Source: Takakia lepidozioides (taxonomy: Eukaryota; Plantae; Bryophyta). Taken from it: 64,000 nt of DNA. Positions 13,116-27,129 of this stretch are shown one piece after another. The DNA is taken from contig CM060733.1 in the NCBI GenBank assembly GCA_030704615.1, positions 33,170,001 to 33,234,000 on the forward strand, read 5' to 3'. The notes below the pieces were generated by a model. The model saw only the letters and a list, made by a program, of their open reading frames with translations. It was not told the DNA's origin and did no database searches. Numbering within the stretch: position 1 is the first letter of the stretch; each line of letters begins with the position of its first letter. A program made the translations under genes and the position numbers.

Positions 13116-13399
13116 CTGCATGCAAGAAATGCGAGAACATGGAGCTCCTTGCCAGCTTCCTATGAGGACTTGTAGCGCTTAATTTTGTAGCTACTGGCTT
13201 ACTGTGAGATTCTAGTGGTAGCAGTTGATAGATCCCTTCCATTCTTTCTCTCCCTTTCTGACTGCAGACTGTCTCCCTGTCCTCTAGGAGGCCTATTGCC
13301 ATTGGGTGGACTTGATACGGGAGTACATTAATGTCTCTGACTAAATGCCGGCCTTGTGACCTCGTGTCCTTGTTTGTTTCGACCAGAAGCGCTTTGCTC

Positions 13400-16300
13400 C
13401 AGGTAAGGTAGTGCATTGGATTTACTTAAGCTTTTTCCCTCTTTACAATATGCCTACACGGGCCATTCCCTGCAACTCCCTGGAGTGTGATCTCTGAATG
13501 GTAACAAGCGGACCCCTACCGCTTGGGGGCAGCCCCTCCGCCCAAATTGGGGAGTCATATGTTCTGTCTAGCATACTCGGCACTTGGGCTCGGGTTGGTT
13601 CCTGTGCTTCAACTTATAGCCTGCGACTACAATCAAAATTTTAGCTCCTATCAACATCAACACTCCTCAGGGTGATTCCTGGGAATTGGTTACTTATGCC
13701 AAATCTAGGGCTTGTGTAGTTTTTGGGGTGAATCCAAGATGGACGATGTGTCCTTTGAAACTACATGCTCTAGCTTAGGCTTGGATTTCATGGCTAATGG
13801 TACCATCTCGAGACTTGATAACAGGGGCGCGTTGAAGGTTGCAATGACCAAAAGTGCTTCTAATAGAGTCCCACATCAATTCAAACTCAAAGAAGTTCGT
13901 CCCTTGACTGGCTGGAGAGCGGTCTTAGACATTGGTGATTCAATGGGGTGCTCTAGGAAGACAACCAAGAGCAAGGACTTCAACTTGAGAGTTTCTAATC
14001 AGTTTGATGCTCTGGATGAGGTTGAATCCAAACAGCCAGAAGGACAAGATGCCCCTAAGTGTATGGAACCTGAACGTCCTGAATCTGAAGGATTTGTACT
14101 CTGAATGGTTTACCAATCCTCAAGGTTTACACAAGACGAACAAATTCTATACACAGGGTAATTGTCCCCAAGCCGTCAGATGGACAATCTGTCCCTAAGT
14201 GTGCAGAGCCTGAACGTCGTGTAACTGAAGGATTTGGTACTCTAAATGGTTTACCAATCCTCAAAGTCTACACAAGACGAGCAAAATCTATACACGGGGT
14301 AATTGTCCCCAAGCAGTCTGACGGACAATCTGTCCCTATGTGTGCGGAGCCTGTGCGTCATGTAACTGAAGGATTTGGTACCCTGAATGGTTTACCAATT
14401 CTCAAAGTTTACACAAGACGAGCAAAATCTACACATGGGGTAACTGTCCCCCTTTGCAGAACGGTTGGCCGTCCAGGAGCAATCACAAGCCTAGACGACA
14501 AACAATTCACATGCAAAGGGCTGGCTTGCGGCTGGCCACTTTCAACTTCTCAGGGTTGACCAAAAAAAGAACTCGAAGTGGGATAAGTTCTTCGGACTAA
14601 TGATATTCATATCTGTGCTGGGCAAGAAACATGGGAAACGTCGGATAAACTGGTTGGAGATGTCAATGGTTATAAATGGGCAGGTAAGACGTGTACTCTC
14701 AAGGCAGCCTCTGCCAAACGCGGTCAAAAAGGGGTTGGATTCTTTGTCCGTATTTCTTGTTTGACAATTGTGAAATTATCAACAAGGGTTTGAGGTACGA
14801 GCATAGTATCTGGCTAAAACTGAATCTGAAGGGCGGCATGAGTACGAAGGACCTCTTTTGGGTTGTGTTTACATGCCCACAGAGGGGACCCTTAGTGCTG
14901 ACGCAGACAAAGCCTTCGAAGATGTAAAGCTGGACTGTGCTTCGTTCCTTGCCAAAGGTCAGGTGGTGCTATTAGGTGACTTCAATGCCCGGGTGGGCAA
15001 AGGGCTCCATCAGGACGATATCATTGGGCCTTTTGGTGAGGACGAGCTGAATTCTAATGAACTGTCTAGAAGAGCTTCAGCTTTTGACCTTGAATAACAG
15101 GACAAGAGGTGACCAAGTGCAGTGGACTCGTGAGAAATCCCAAACTGGGGAACGTTCCATTGTGGACTATATCATAATGGACAAAAATTTGTTCCCCCAG
15201 TGTGCCAATGTGTTGATCGACAGAACTGATATTGGTACCTCTGACCACTTCCTGGTTTGGACTGAGATCAAAAGGTGTTTTCCCAACAACAAGAGATCTG
15301 TGAAACGTTCGATTCGGAAGTGGCGCATAGAAAAATTCCATAGGAGGTCAAGGCTGAGTACGTCCGGGCCTTGCAAGAGGCTCTCCCTCATTTTGTCCAA
15401 TTGCTCCAAGAACTTCAGTCTCGCTCTGATAACGCAAGAAATGAAGTCGAAAGAGCAGTGGACTCTTGGGAGAGTTTCGTTTCCTCCGTGGCTGACAAGA
15501 TCATTGGGAGGAAACTAATTGTCTGCGGTAGAGCTGTTAATTGGTGGACCAATGAGATTAAACTCAAGATAGCTGAGAGACAAGCCCTCTATAAAGAGTG
15601 CTGCAATTTGGAAACCAACAGAGAATTGTGGGCGAGGTACTACCAGCTCCGTAAAGATATCAATCAGCTTGTTAGGTCTCAGAAGAAATTATACTGGGAC
15701 AAGTTATACAGTGAAATAAACTCAAACCACCATGGTGGTAATGACAAGAAATTCTGGTTGGCCTTCAACGTTTGTACAAGCCGAAAAACAGTCAGCAAGT
15801 ACAAGCGCTGAAGACTACTAAAGGTGCAGTGGTGACTTCATCGGTTGACATTGTCAAGACCTTTGAAACTCACTACAGTATCCTTGGCAGAACTTCTAGG
15901 TCTAACAGTGAGGGGTCTTCTGCTGAATGGAGGGACAACTGTTCCTATGATTCAAAACAGCCCTGATGAACTGGAGTATATTTCAATGGCTTATAACGCT
16001 CCCATTAGTTCTTCTGAGATTGTGGAAGCAATTGAACATTTAAATGGATATAAAGCTGGTGGACCTGATTGTCAACGAGCTTATCAAGCACGGTGGCGAT
16101 CCCATGATAGAGGCCCTAGTTCTCCTCTTTAACCTTATCTGGAAGACTGAAATGATCCCCTTTCGCTGGCGACAGGGGGTCATTGTCAATCTATACAAGA
16201 AGGGTGACAGAGAAGAACCGGGGAACTACCGTGGCATGACGCTCCTCAATGCTGTTGGCAAGACATTCTGCAGAGTTATAAGTACTCGTCTCGAGGTTGA

Positions 16301-17985
16301 TCTAGAGTCTAGAGGTTGTCTCCACGAAGGCCAAGCTGGCTTTCGGCGAAACAGGGGCATATCTTCACTCTAAGCCAGATTATCCAGGGAAGGAAAAAAG
16401 AAGGGAAACCCACTTATGTTTTTTTCCTGGATGTCAAAAAGGCCTATGACACAGTGTGGAGAGATGGCCTATGGTTCCGCCTCTGGTCTTGTGGGATCAA
16501 GGGAAAGATGTGGAGAGTTGGCTCACACCAAAAGCTGTGTCACTGTTAACGGACAGAAGTCCAACTTCTTTGACATAGACCAAGGTGTAGCTCAAGGTTG
16601 TACTCTCTCCCCTCTGCTCTTCAATGTTTTCATCAATCAACTCCTCGAGGATGTGGAAAGTGAGGGATTTGGGTTAAGGGTGGTGATACCACCATACCAG
16701 CCCTTATGTTTGCGGATGACTTCGCAGGCATAGGGGAGACTCCAACCAATCTCCAGGAGTTGATTGATTGCGCGAAGAGACACTTTGATCTTTGGGGGCT
16801 AGAGGCTAATGTCAGCAAATGTGCAGTGGTAGCATTCAACGACAGAGGAGAGGGAGGAAGTGATCTTTAAGTGGCAGTGGGGTAGCCAAGAGATCCCCCT
16901 CCCTTCCTACACCTGGGCGTTGAGTTTTCCTCCAATTGTAATTGGGATGCACATATCCGGAAAGTTGTTCAAACTGGCAAGGGCAAAGCTCTGGGGCTCA
17001 CTTTTTTCCACTGCAGAGGGGTCAACTCTGAGGTTAAACCATGCTTTGTCGCGTTATTAGACCTGCTTGGAGTACGGATCTGCAATGGGTTGATAACTCC
17101 AACCAGGCTAAGTCTCTAGAATCCATTCAAGTGGGGTGCTTAAGGAGTGTATGTCAGCATGCTCCAAAACAGCCAATGTGGCTGTTCGGGGCGAGTTTGG
17201 CATTCCGTCCTTAAGCTCCGACGAGATGAATTCAAGGTCAGATGGTGGGGTCAGCTGCAACATATGCCCAACACCAGATATCCTAAGTTAATCGACTCTA
17301 TATCTTGGAAACAGGACCGCCCGGTCAAACAGGCTAAGTCCTGGCAGAAGAGAGTAGAAGAGATTCTCAAGGACCTGGACCTGGATCCGCAAGTCTTGAC
17401 CCTGCTGGATAAATCTGACTTAGAGGCTGTAGTGTCCAAAGCCATGTCTGTTGCCATGAGATTGTCTGATGAAAATGAAGTTAGACAGAAAACTTCCTTT
17501 TCAGTGACATGGGGGAGGACATCTTGGATGAACTCAAGGGTCTACCCACTCTCGGCACTAGACTGAAATTTAAACTCAGGGCAGGAAGCCTACCTTTGAA
17601 CAGCAAACAGAAGCAGAGAGGAAAGGGAGAGTGCAATTGCCCGTTGTGTGGGCAATCTGAAGGCAGTATTCATTTTCTGATACACTGTCCGGGGTTCTCT
17701 CACCAAAGAGACACTCTCTTCAACTTTGAAAGTCTTGAGGCTGAGCCAAAAGCCCAGGCCCTCCTGAGGCCTAGTTTTTGGGCAAATCACACACAGCAGA
17801 ATGATGCTTGTGTGAAGGGATTTCTAGAGGATATCTGGAAAACCCGGATTAATTCTATATATGAAGGTAAGTCTTACTACCAACATCAGCCCCTGTAGGT
17901 TCTGTCCCTTTTGTTCCCGCTCAAACTGGGCGCGGGGTCAATAACCACAAGGCTACGGCAAACAACGTCTTATGAGTACAATCTG
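13400..17985 (+). mobile_element. Degenerate non-LTR retrotransposon (APE-RT LINE, possibly RTEX-like); 5' boundary approximate
   Basis: Endonuclease motifs VVLLGDFNARVG, IVDYII, SDHFLVW; RT motifs YKKGDREEPGNYRG, FLDVKKAYDTVW, QGCTLSPLLFNVFI, MFADD; C-terminal CPLC...HFLIHC; many frameshifts. Confidence 0.9.
14050..14452 (+). repeat. Three tandem ~141-bp units upstream of the LINE endonuclease
   Basis: The motif ctgaaggattt(g)gtac...ggtttaccaat.ctcaa recurs at ~14085, 14225 and 14365. Confidence 0.9.
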
Positions 17986-19859
17986 ACATTACAGCCCGGG
18001 TTGGGTTGGGGGCTGAAGAGAACTTTCTGGAGTGAACATGGATATGTCTAGCATGATGTTATAACTGCCCAAGCATCACTATTTAATTCCTTGCAACGAC
18101 AAGGGTGGGGCGCCTCGGTCAGAACTTTCAGGTGGGTAGAAACAGGAGCTGATGGAAAGAGGCGAAGGTGTTGATGACGCTTGCGCACCTCCATGGCCCA
18201 TAACGAAACTGCGACCAAGGGTCTGGGATCGTTCCCGAGCAATGTGGAGTCTCACGCACAAATTCACAGACCCAAAGAACCCAGCAAAGAGAGTCAATGT
18301 CCCTACCTTCCTTCGAATCACCTGCAGAAGCGTGGTAGGCATCAATCAGGTGCACGGATGATCCCTCACTCCGTTGCCAACGTTGATGCCCATTCTGCTC
18401 CTCCTCACCCCGCTTTCTTCAATCTGCTGCATCGTGTGTGAGACAGCGAGAAACCTTCCTACTGCTCATTGCTACAGTCATCTTAATTGGCTGCATCCAT
18501 CCAGCTGTCGGCCCCGCCTCTACTCCACCGTGTCGCTCCCCCGCCCCTATTTCGCTCACCTCTTCTATGCTCCGATCTTCCCGCCTTTTCTCTGCTCGCC
18601 TGTCTCGCTCCCCCCGTTGTGTGTCTCTCTCTTTTGCGTTACAAGAGTACATGCTCTCACTGACTCACACTGCACGACAAAAAAGCATTACGTACAAGGA
18701 CCTGTACAAAGCTCACAGTATTCTGATATGAAAGCTCAATCACAAGGTTCGCTACAATTTTCACAGTGGCAGGACTCTCCCAGCTGAACTCGGTGAATTG
18801 AGTGAACTTCTCCCGCTCTCTCGCTCCCCCGCTCTCCAGTTCCGCTCCCCACCTCTCCCGATCCTCTCTCATTCCCGGGTCCCTCTGCTCCCCCGGGGTC
18901 CCCGTGGTCCCCTATCTTGCTTCCCCCGCTCCCCTGCCGCGTGCCCCGTTCCGTTCCCCTGTTCTAATCTCTTGGCCATCCATTCCCCATCGAGGTTCTA
19001 CAAGCTCCCTATAACTGGGGCTTGTACACATGACGACGGTTTGTTCTTCGCATGTGACTCACCGTTTCTTTTGAGACTCTACTCAAATATGCCAATATGA
19101 TGAGGTTCTTGCCTCCGAATCTCTAAATTTTTGGGATGGTTGTAGCTATCTTGCGAAAATATTCTCATTCCATGTTGGAACGATGTGCCACCGTCCTCCC
19201 AAGCTTTCTATGAGTATGTACATGGGATTCATGGTCGTTCTGATTTCCTTCCATGTAGGTAATTGACTCGGTTGGTGCGACAGAACATGCAGTATTTTAA
19301 ATATGCTGGCCCGGAGGTGATATGACCAACAATCCTCCTGTTTTCAGTATGGATCATTTCGCATACATTCTTGGTGTATTCATGCTATCTGCATGTACTT
19401 CACATGTATAATTTCACCTATGCATACAAGAGTCTATCGACATATATTGTAGTTTTACTTGCAATGAAATAGTCTTACCCGTGATTGAAGTTGACAAAAC
19501 GGTCGCATATATTCTACCCCCAATTTTGTGTGATCTTCTTTTTCGTGGCCTTCTCTGTCTCTCCCTTGTCAGTCACTCCATGTCTCGTCTTTGTTGATTA
19601 TGGTCCCCTCTATATGCCTTGTGACGATGGCCTACTCCCCCGTTCCCTACAGTTTTTGTGTTCCCATCATTTTGTCCGTCATATACGTGTTCCCCCGTAC
19701 ATCGTTCCACAGTCCCATGTATCATACGCTCCCTGTCGTTCTAGCCCGGTACAACGCGTCCGCTCGTGCAAACAGTTGCTTTTATTATTTGGCAGCATTT
19801 AGATTTCAGCTCGTCACCGTGTGCCACGTTGGTCCATACACGCGCTCCTCTATATAGTT

Positions 19860-20210
19860 GTCATTCGCCACGTTGTGTTGTTTCGTCAGCTTGCTGAGAG
19901 TGCTGACCTTTGTTTTCTCCTCCACATGCTCTCATGTGCCCACCTCTGCTTGTTCTCATGTTTTCCCCTATGCAGCTCACTTTTGTGTTGGGTCCTCTGC
20001 TTGCGCTTTTCATGATTGCTCTCATGTTTCCTATCATGTTTTCTCTTGTGCAGCTCACTTCTTTACGAGCTCCTCTGCTCACGAGTCTGTATGTTCTCCT
20101 CCTGATTATACTTCCCCATGTTTGCACTCCCATTTTCTCTCCTGATTTGCACCTCACTTCTTTGCTTGCTCCTCTACATGCTTCTCTGTTGCTCCTCTTC
20201 TTGCTGCTTT
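19860..20210. repeat. Imperfect pyrimidine-rich repeats (ctcatgtttt...gcagctcactt)
   Basis: Direct sequence. Confidence 0.5.
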
Positions 20211-21249
20211 CAATGTGGCCCGATCTAAAATCTTCCAAAAGCGGCGTCGAGGAGCATATGCCTCCACTCCTTGGAATGATAATATATTTGCACATTCGCA
20301 AAAAAGGAGAGCGTATCCCTACTCATATGATCCGAAGAAGTATGATCAGATAATAGCGGAGGCTACAGTTGGATTAAGGATGGTTGGTCATGGCAATGGA
20401 ACTACACGGGATCTTTATATCTGCAAGTTTTGTGGCTGCCTCAAGAAGGACAAAATGTGGTTGAACCGAGAGGGGGAGGGTTGCCGGCAACTACTTGCAC
20501 CCGAAGATGCAAAACCTTGGCCCACTGTAGTTAACCCAAAAGAAGACAAGGTAATTATACTAAGGCTGCGAGGTGTGAAGATATAAGCAATTCGATAGGT
20601 ACCATGAGGGGGACCATACATGATAAGGGAGCAACAATTTACAGGTGATGAAGGACGACGACAGAAGACAGGGGAGCAAAAGACAAGGAATGCAAGATGA
20701 CGCACATTAGAAAAGGCCCGTTTAGAAAAGGGAGTTTAATGCAACCCCTTCGGTCCTGCCTGCGTGGCACCCCCCACCACCCCAGCCGCACCCCTTTGCC
20801 GGCTCCTGCGCGGCTCGCGGTCGCGGCGCCCCCTCGCCCCCGCGCCCCCCATCCCCCTACCCACCCGCCCTCCCCCCCCGGCCGGCCGTCACCACAACCC
20901 AACATCGCGCACGGGACACATCGTGAGTCGAAAACATGGATCCATACATGGCAGATGACACATACATGATGGTCATGAAAGTAACATGATGACCATAGGC
21001 GTGAAGCCCCAATATGCATGTATACAAGGTTGTACATGTTCAAATTTCAAAATTCAAATTTGAAATTTAGTATTATTTTATGGAGACGATGTTCAGAACG
21101 ATCTTGTGGGTCTACTTCTAGGATTTTGGATGGATGGATGTAGGTACGGATGGATGAGACCAGGAAGTATGTGTAATGAGAGGCAACCTCCAATCGTCTC
21201 CTTTCATGGTCCTCTCAAACTGTTCTGACCACGAAAGCACAACGTGCAG

Positions 21250-21632
21250 CCAGTACTAGCCGTGCCTCAGGTCCCTGAATTGCGCCACGATATGTCTGTT
21301 GCCGAGAATGAAGAAAACACCCATCTTGTTTTGCTCCTTCGAAACCAAGTTCAAATGCCCAGTGTAGGTGCTTTTAGCCATCATGTACTGCAGTGGCGTT
21401 TCCAATGGCATGGCAAGCCTCCTGGCCAAAACTCAGCCGAAGTCGCGCTTTTGGTGCTCTTCAATTGCGCTTTCAGGTTCCCGTGGTATGCTTCTATGGC
21501 AGCATTAATGTCTTGAGAGGCATGAGGTATATTGCGGGATCCCTTTATCCACATTTTGGCTTTTGGAAGCCATTCTGTCTCCATGTAGGTGCAGAATTCT
21601 ATCTCAAAAGGCACTAGAAGCATTCGTGTCAT
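21250..21632 (-). mobile_element. MULE/SWIM-type transposase fragment
   Basis: FCTYMETEWLPK...ASQDINAAIEAYHGNLKAQL resembles the MULE (T)N.AIE.YH..LK region; frameshifted. Confidence 0.6.
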
Positions 21633-23899
21633 TTACCAATGGGGTAACGACTCATTTTGAGTCGTAAAAGTCAAAAAACTGGGATCGACTGGAAGTTACA
21701 ACAGACTAGTTACAACAGACGTGGTAGTTGGGTTGGACATCCAATGATTGGAGTGGTAAAGGACGCAGACGCGCAAACAACTGCTCAGCGATTAATGCGA
21801 TTAATGCTGAAGAACCACGTGGCGTAACCAGGCGGGCCGCCCGTGTGTCTGACCTTTTGGGCTGACTTTGACTTTTCCCTCCGGATGAGTGGACTGACTC
21901 ACCCGGGGCGCGGTGACACATGGACGCGGACTTGGATGCGGACGTGGATGCCGATGTGGCGGCGCCGCGACGAGCGGCAATGCTGCCGTGTGGCCACGGC
22001 CCAAGACGCCACATCGCAGTCGGCCACATCACTTGGAGTGTTGCATGTGACGTCGCAACAGCCACTAGCGAAGTCAACTGCACAACTTCCGGTAGACGAA
22101 TCCACGGGGACCACGTGGAGAGTGTGTGGGTCGACGCGCGTGGCGTCGTCCCCACGCAATGGCAGTGACGGGTACGACTGCTGGTGGAAAGACGCAGAGT
22201 GCTTGTGCCATCTCGGGACTGCTTTGGCCAACTCCGCTGCCACTGTGCTAGTTGGTTGCACTACAGTAGGAAAGACGAAAAATGGAGCATTTTTAGTGGT
22301 TTGTGTGAGTTCCAACTGACCTGCATTCTAATGAAAATATGTTCTGATGCATTCTAACTGGTTTTAGTGGGTTGCACCTCATGCAGGGGGAATTGAGAGC
22401 CAATGATACTGGGCGAGACCAGACACAGACCACGATGCTGCACAATATCACGCTAATGAACCAAATAACGAGGCAACAGTGAGACAAAGACATCACACAT
22501 ACACATTAAGGTGGACGGGACACACGACAAGTCAGGAAATGTGATATTACATTCAAATTGAGACCGTCACGGCACACCTGCATCTGAGCAAGACTAAATC
22601 AACATACATGGTTGCCGGACATCACTTAAACTGTCATTGCCCAAATGTTCAAACTGGTAACGTGAGTATCAGACACACTTCTATGAGTATCATTACACAC
22701 CCCAATAGGGACTACAACAACATGAAATGTCACTTGATACTTTCCCTTTCCTCATACTCTTCTCTGGCCAAGAGTCACCGTGCTTTTCACGTGCTCTAGT
22801 GTGGTCTGGGGGGGGCATCGTCCACATTTTGGCAAAGCAGTGTAACACTTGGAAAGCATGATCTCGTGGACTTTCACCTTGTAACCACCCCGGATCGACA
22901 TGTCCTTGCAGTGGAACTTGTCAAACCTCGGCTATTCCCTCCCACCCTTCCGCCTTGGCGGCGGCTGTCTTTGACCGCTTGTCATTGGGGTTCAGGAGAA
23001 ACACAGGATCGTGATGCGCAGACACCAACATCAGGGTCCACTCAGCAACAAACTGCAATGACAGGGTGAAAGTCAAGCGCAGCTTGGGCATGAAACGTCT
23101 GGTTGCCACAATACTGAATCAGCAGCAAATTCACGGTGTACCAATGTACCTTGAGGCGAAGCTCGTCGCTGAGGGTGGCAACTGAGGAAAGCTTGCCCAC
23201 GTGTCTTCAACTGCAGTAGCAAAAAGAGGTTTAGTCAGACGGATAAGAATAACATGAACTCTGGTGTGGTTGCAATGTATAAAACACCCCTCACACGGAG
23301 CAAGCTAACAAACACCCGGCTCAGACCCTGCACACTACAACTTCCTGGCAAAAATAACCCTACTAAAAAACCCCCCATCCAAGGCCAAAGCAGTACCATG
23401 AATGCATGCCTGGGGAACCACGTCCTGTTGCGATGATGTGCCGGGGACAAAAAGCCCACTCCTCTTGCTCACCTGCAATGAATACAATTGCAACGCTTCA
23501 GGAAGTGTATCCATAAAGGAAACCAACCAAGTAAGTTTTGGCGGAGAGGGGCTTGGAACAACCATACCTTGGGCGCTGCCTCCTCATGCCGGGGGGGAAA
23601 TCCGGAATGCTGCTGCCATAGCCCTGTGGTCGAGGCGCAGGACCCACCCTTCTTCAATTCGACCCACTGCCACTCCATGTAATTTGGTCCCGGCAAAACA
23701 TATAGTGCCAGGCCTTGCGTGAGAGGGCATCCGGGGGAACAAAACAAACATGGACTTTGGCTTCGATGTCATGTTGCAACCAGTAAGGTTAGTTTCACCT
23801 GCTGGGCGCAGAAGTACTTCCCCCAACGACCCCATCCTCTCCCACATTCAAGCTGCCAGTCGGGGTCAGCTTCCGCGTGCTTGTGAAGACACGCACATC

Positions 23900-24938
23900 C
23901 TTGGAGCAAAACAAATCTTGGTAGTAGGGCCAGACTGTTTCTAAAAGGTAGTCTGAATCGGGCCCCTCACTGACATTGTCACTGAATCAAACGACATGGA
24001 TGGACCCATGTTCAAAGGGGAGTTCCCCTCCCCTTGTGTGGTGAATCATCCACTAGGAGGGTGTTGGATTCGTTAAATCCAAGAAATTCCGACCACCCTC
24101 GACAGTCTCTTCTGTAAGTTCTGTACAGCATACCCTTTTGTGGGGTGTGGCTCTGTCAAGGGGTCACACTCCTCTTGTGACCACACAAAGAGGGCAGAAC
24201 CCTTGACCCCCTGCATCACCACTTTGAAGATGCTCTGCCACATTCCCCTTGGAAGCACAGGACCATATTCCCAACGTAGAAACCGGAAAAGAAGGTTTAA
24301 AAACTCAAGACCTGGGGCCTTGGGAAAACATACTTGTTGTGGTCAACACACCCATGGCCAATGACGCCCGGGTTGGGCTGAAAGTTAGGAATAGAGTGGC
24401 ACCAGATCCCGTTCAGGTCTGAACAATTAGTTTCGACTTTTCTATGAAAGGAGCTTTTTGAAGGGGTGTCACGGGGTCTCACCTCAGTGGTTTGGGAGAC
24501 AACAGTCACCCCAGAGGGCAAAAGTTTCGGTCCCCCCCTGCGCCTGGACCAGAAAACTACCACCCTCTCCCCCCTACAAGCTGCCCCTTCCCCTTTTCCC
24601 CCATCATGAGCAATGACCCCCCCATCGTCCATGTCACCCCACCAACTTGCTGGACCTCTCCCTCTTCCTTCAACGAGTGGACCCTGCCCCCCACTGTGAA
24701 TATCATCACAACAAGCCCGGACCTCTGTCACATCCCTACCCACTACAATTACTTCCTCCTTGTCAGGTACAATGGGTCGCAGCAGGGGGTCTTCCATAAT
24801 GCCACCCGTCACACCCCCATTTTTGCCCTTCCCATCATGAGTTCCACTATCTTCTTCAGTTATTCTTTCCATTCCCCTCTCCCCCCTCTCCGCAGAGAGA
24901 GCCGCAAGCCTCTCCAGGGCCCCGATGCGGGCTGCCAT
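23900..24938 (-). pseudogene. Degenerate NIF/FCP1-like HAD phosphatase domain
   Basis: Across frameshifts: DLNGI (motif I variant), VFPRPQVLSFL, VGIWS, LFVWSQEECD, NTLLVDDSPHK. Confidence 0.6.
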
Positions 24939-25439
24939 TGAGTTCCCCGCTCCCTACGCATACAAACACCCCACCCGTACTGTTAAAACCAGAAGAAGAG
25001 GCCGAATGTGCAGGATTTCAAGCATCATCGGAGATGGCTGGGTTTGGCATAACCCCCCCTCGTGTACCATGCGTGGGGGCCCCACATACCCACCAAATCT
25101 TAGTACAACAACAGATTCATGAATGGAAACCGGCCTTCAAAACATACCTGGCTCAAAACAGACTTTGATGGGGTGCCAGTCGCAGCGTTCTTACACTCCG
25201 CCCCCGAGCTCGGACAGTGACGGGCTCCACGCTTTTGCGTCTTTTCTTATTTGCCCATCACACACTGTCAGTACAAAATGCCAGGAGCATATGGACAAAA
25301 GCACTGCCATGCATATCACATAACAACTAATTCTGCACAAGCAATAAAACCCACTCGTGGTTGTCTCTTCCATCAGAACATGCCACAACGTAAGAGCAAT
25401 GAGAAGGGGGTGCGGGAGATTACCAAACGGGCTGCTTGG

Positions 25440-25924
25440 CTGCACTCTAACTCCTCCCCGGCCCCCAACGCGAGGGGTTTCGTGACACAAGCACGCTTGC
25501 TTCAATCCCTTCAGCCTTGCAAGTCCACGAGGGACTCCCAGTAGGCAAACACTTATCCCAATAGGCGGGTTCAGTGTTCATTGGCCTCACGCCAGTCTTT
25601 CGCCCATTTATCTTTCAGTTTTGCTCTTTCCTCCTTTCATTATCTTCCCACATTGCTTCACTATAAATCACGATTGGCAGGGATAGGTGTGTACTCGTAC
25701 ATTCCATTTATGCCCTCTATTACTCTTGACATGGCACTCTGGGACTGCTGGTCAATGTCTTGTACGCTTGAGTCAAGGTAACGTAATGCCCGGCCACGCA
25801 AATCATCACGCTGCCAGTGTTCCCTTACCTTCGCAGCCAGCATTGGGACTCCATTTCCATGCACCTCCACCTTGTGGCGCTTTAGCCCTGCAGCCACCCT
25901 TCCCCTCTCCATCTCCTTCCCCAT
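25440..25924 (-). mobile_element. CACTA/En-Spm Ptta-like ORF fragment
   Basis: Across frameshifts: ERAKLK...PAYWDK..AYWES...KQA...RVGGRGG, resembling the W..L..YW.S...R...G pattern of this family. Confidence 0.45.
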
Positions 25925-26589
25925 TGTTTCATTGGCATGACGTCGTTCCTTCCTCAGCTCTGATGTCCGTTTCCCTTCCTTTCCCTGCCCCCATGCTCTG
26001 GAGCAGCGCCGTCATACGTGTGGGGGGTGACTGATGTGTGCGGAGGGGGAGGCCGTATGGAGATGTGGGAGGCCCCCATTGTGTGACGTTGCACATCAGG
26101 AAGCCAGCGCCACGACCCCAAAGTAGGGGGGGCTCCCCATGGTACACTATGTTGTGGAGACCATCCGGCAGGGGGTGGGTGCCAAGGTTGGTGTTGGTTG
26201 GCATTGTGTGGTGGCTGTGAGGTGCTTTGGCTGCAGCTTCACTCCCCTTCCGCTGCCAAAAACTCCACACACAAGGTGCATCAGCTGTAGTCCTACTGAA
26301 CACAACGTCACCAGAGCACAAACCATCCCACAACCACAACTATGGATTGGCTGACCTCAAACCCACTCCCCTGCAGCGCAAGTGCCAAAAACTGAAAAGG
26401 AGAGGGACAGAATGTTCCTCATAACATGTAAGCCCATTCATTGGTGAAGAAACAGAATGTGGGCGGGTTCACATCAGTACCACATGAAACTTACCAAGAA
26501 ACAGAACATCCATCCGGGTTTTGCACATATCCAGTGGACATCTATTCACACAATCAGCAAATGGCTGTATGGCGGAGCCCAGCAACGGA

Positions 26590-27012
26590 GCCCCAAAAGG
26601 TACATCCTTGAGCTACAACTTGGTCTATGTCCAAGAAGTTGGACTTCTGTCCGTTAACAGTGACACAACTTTTGGTGTGAGCATACAAGTTGTGGACAAC
26701 TCTCCACATCTTTCCCTTGATCCCACAAGACCAGAGGCGGAACCATAGGCCATCTCTCCACACACTGTGTTATAAGCCTTTTTGACATCCAGGAAAAAGA
26801 CATAAGTGGGTTTCCCTTCTTTTTTCCTTCCCTGGATAATCTGGCTTAGAGTGAAGATATGATCCACACAACCCCTGTTTCGCCGAAAGCCAGCTTGGCC
26901 TTCGTGGAAACAACCTCTAGACTCCAGATCAACCTCGAGACGAGTACTTATAACTCTGCAGAATGTCTTGCCAACAGCATTGAGGAGCGTGATGCCACGG
27001 TGGTTCCCCGGT
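26590..27012 (-). mobile_element. RT fragment of the same LINE family, abutting a (TA)n(GA)n microsatellite
   Basis: Near-identical to ~16213-16600 (ITLLNAVGKTFCRVISTRLEVDLESRG...). Confidence 0.9.
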
Positions 27013-27129
27013 TCTATATATATATATATAGAGAGAGGAGAGAGAGAGAGAGAGAGAGGACTCTGGCCGAAGCCGGCGTAACTAAGAGCCACTTCGCCTC
27101 GCGGCTACTGCCCTTTTTAAGGGGTGGGC

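Noticed and set aside
18660-18700. CACTG as a CACTA terminus
   Set aside because: No matching inverted end or 3-bp TSD found.
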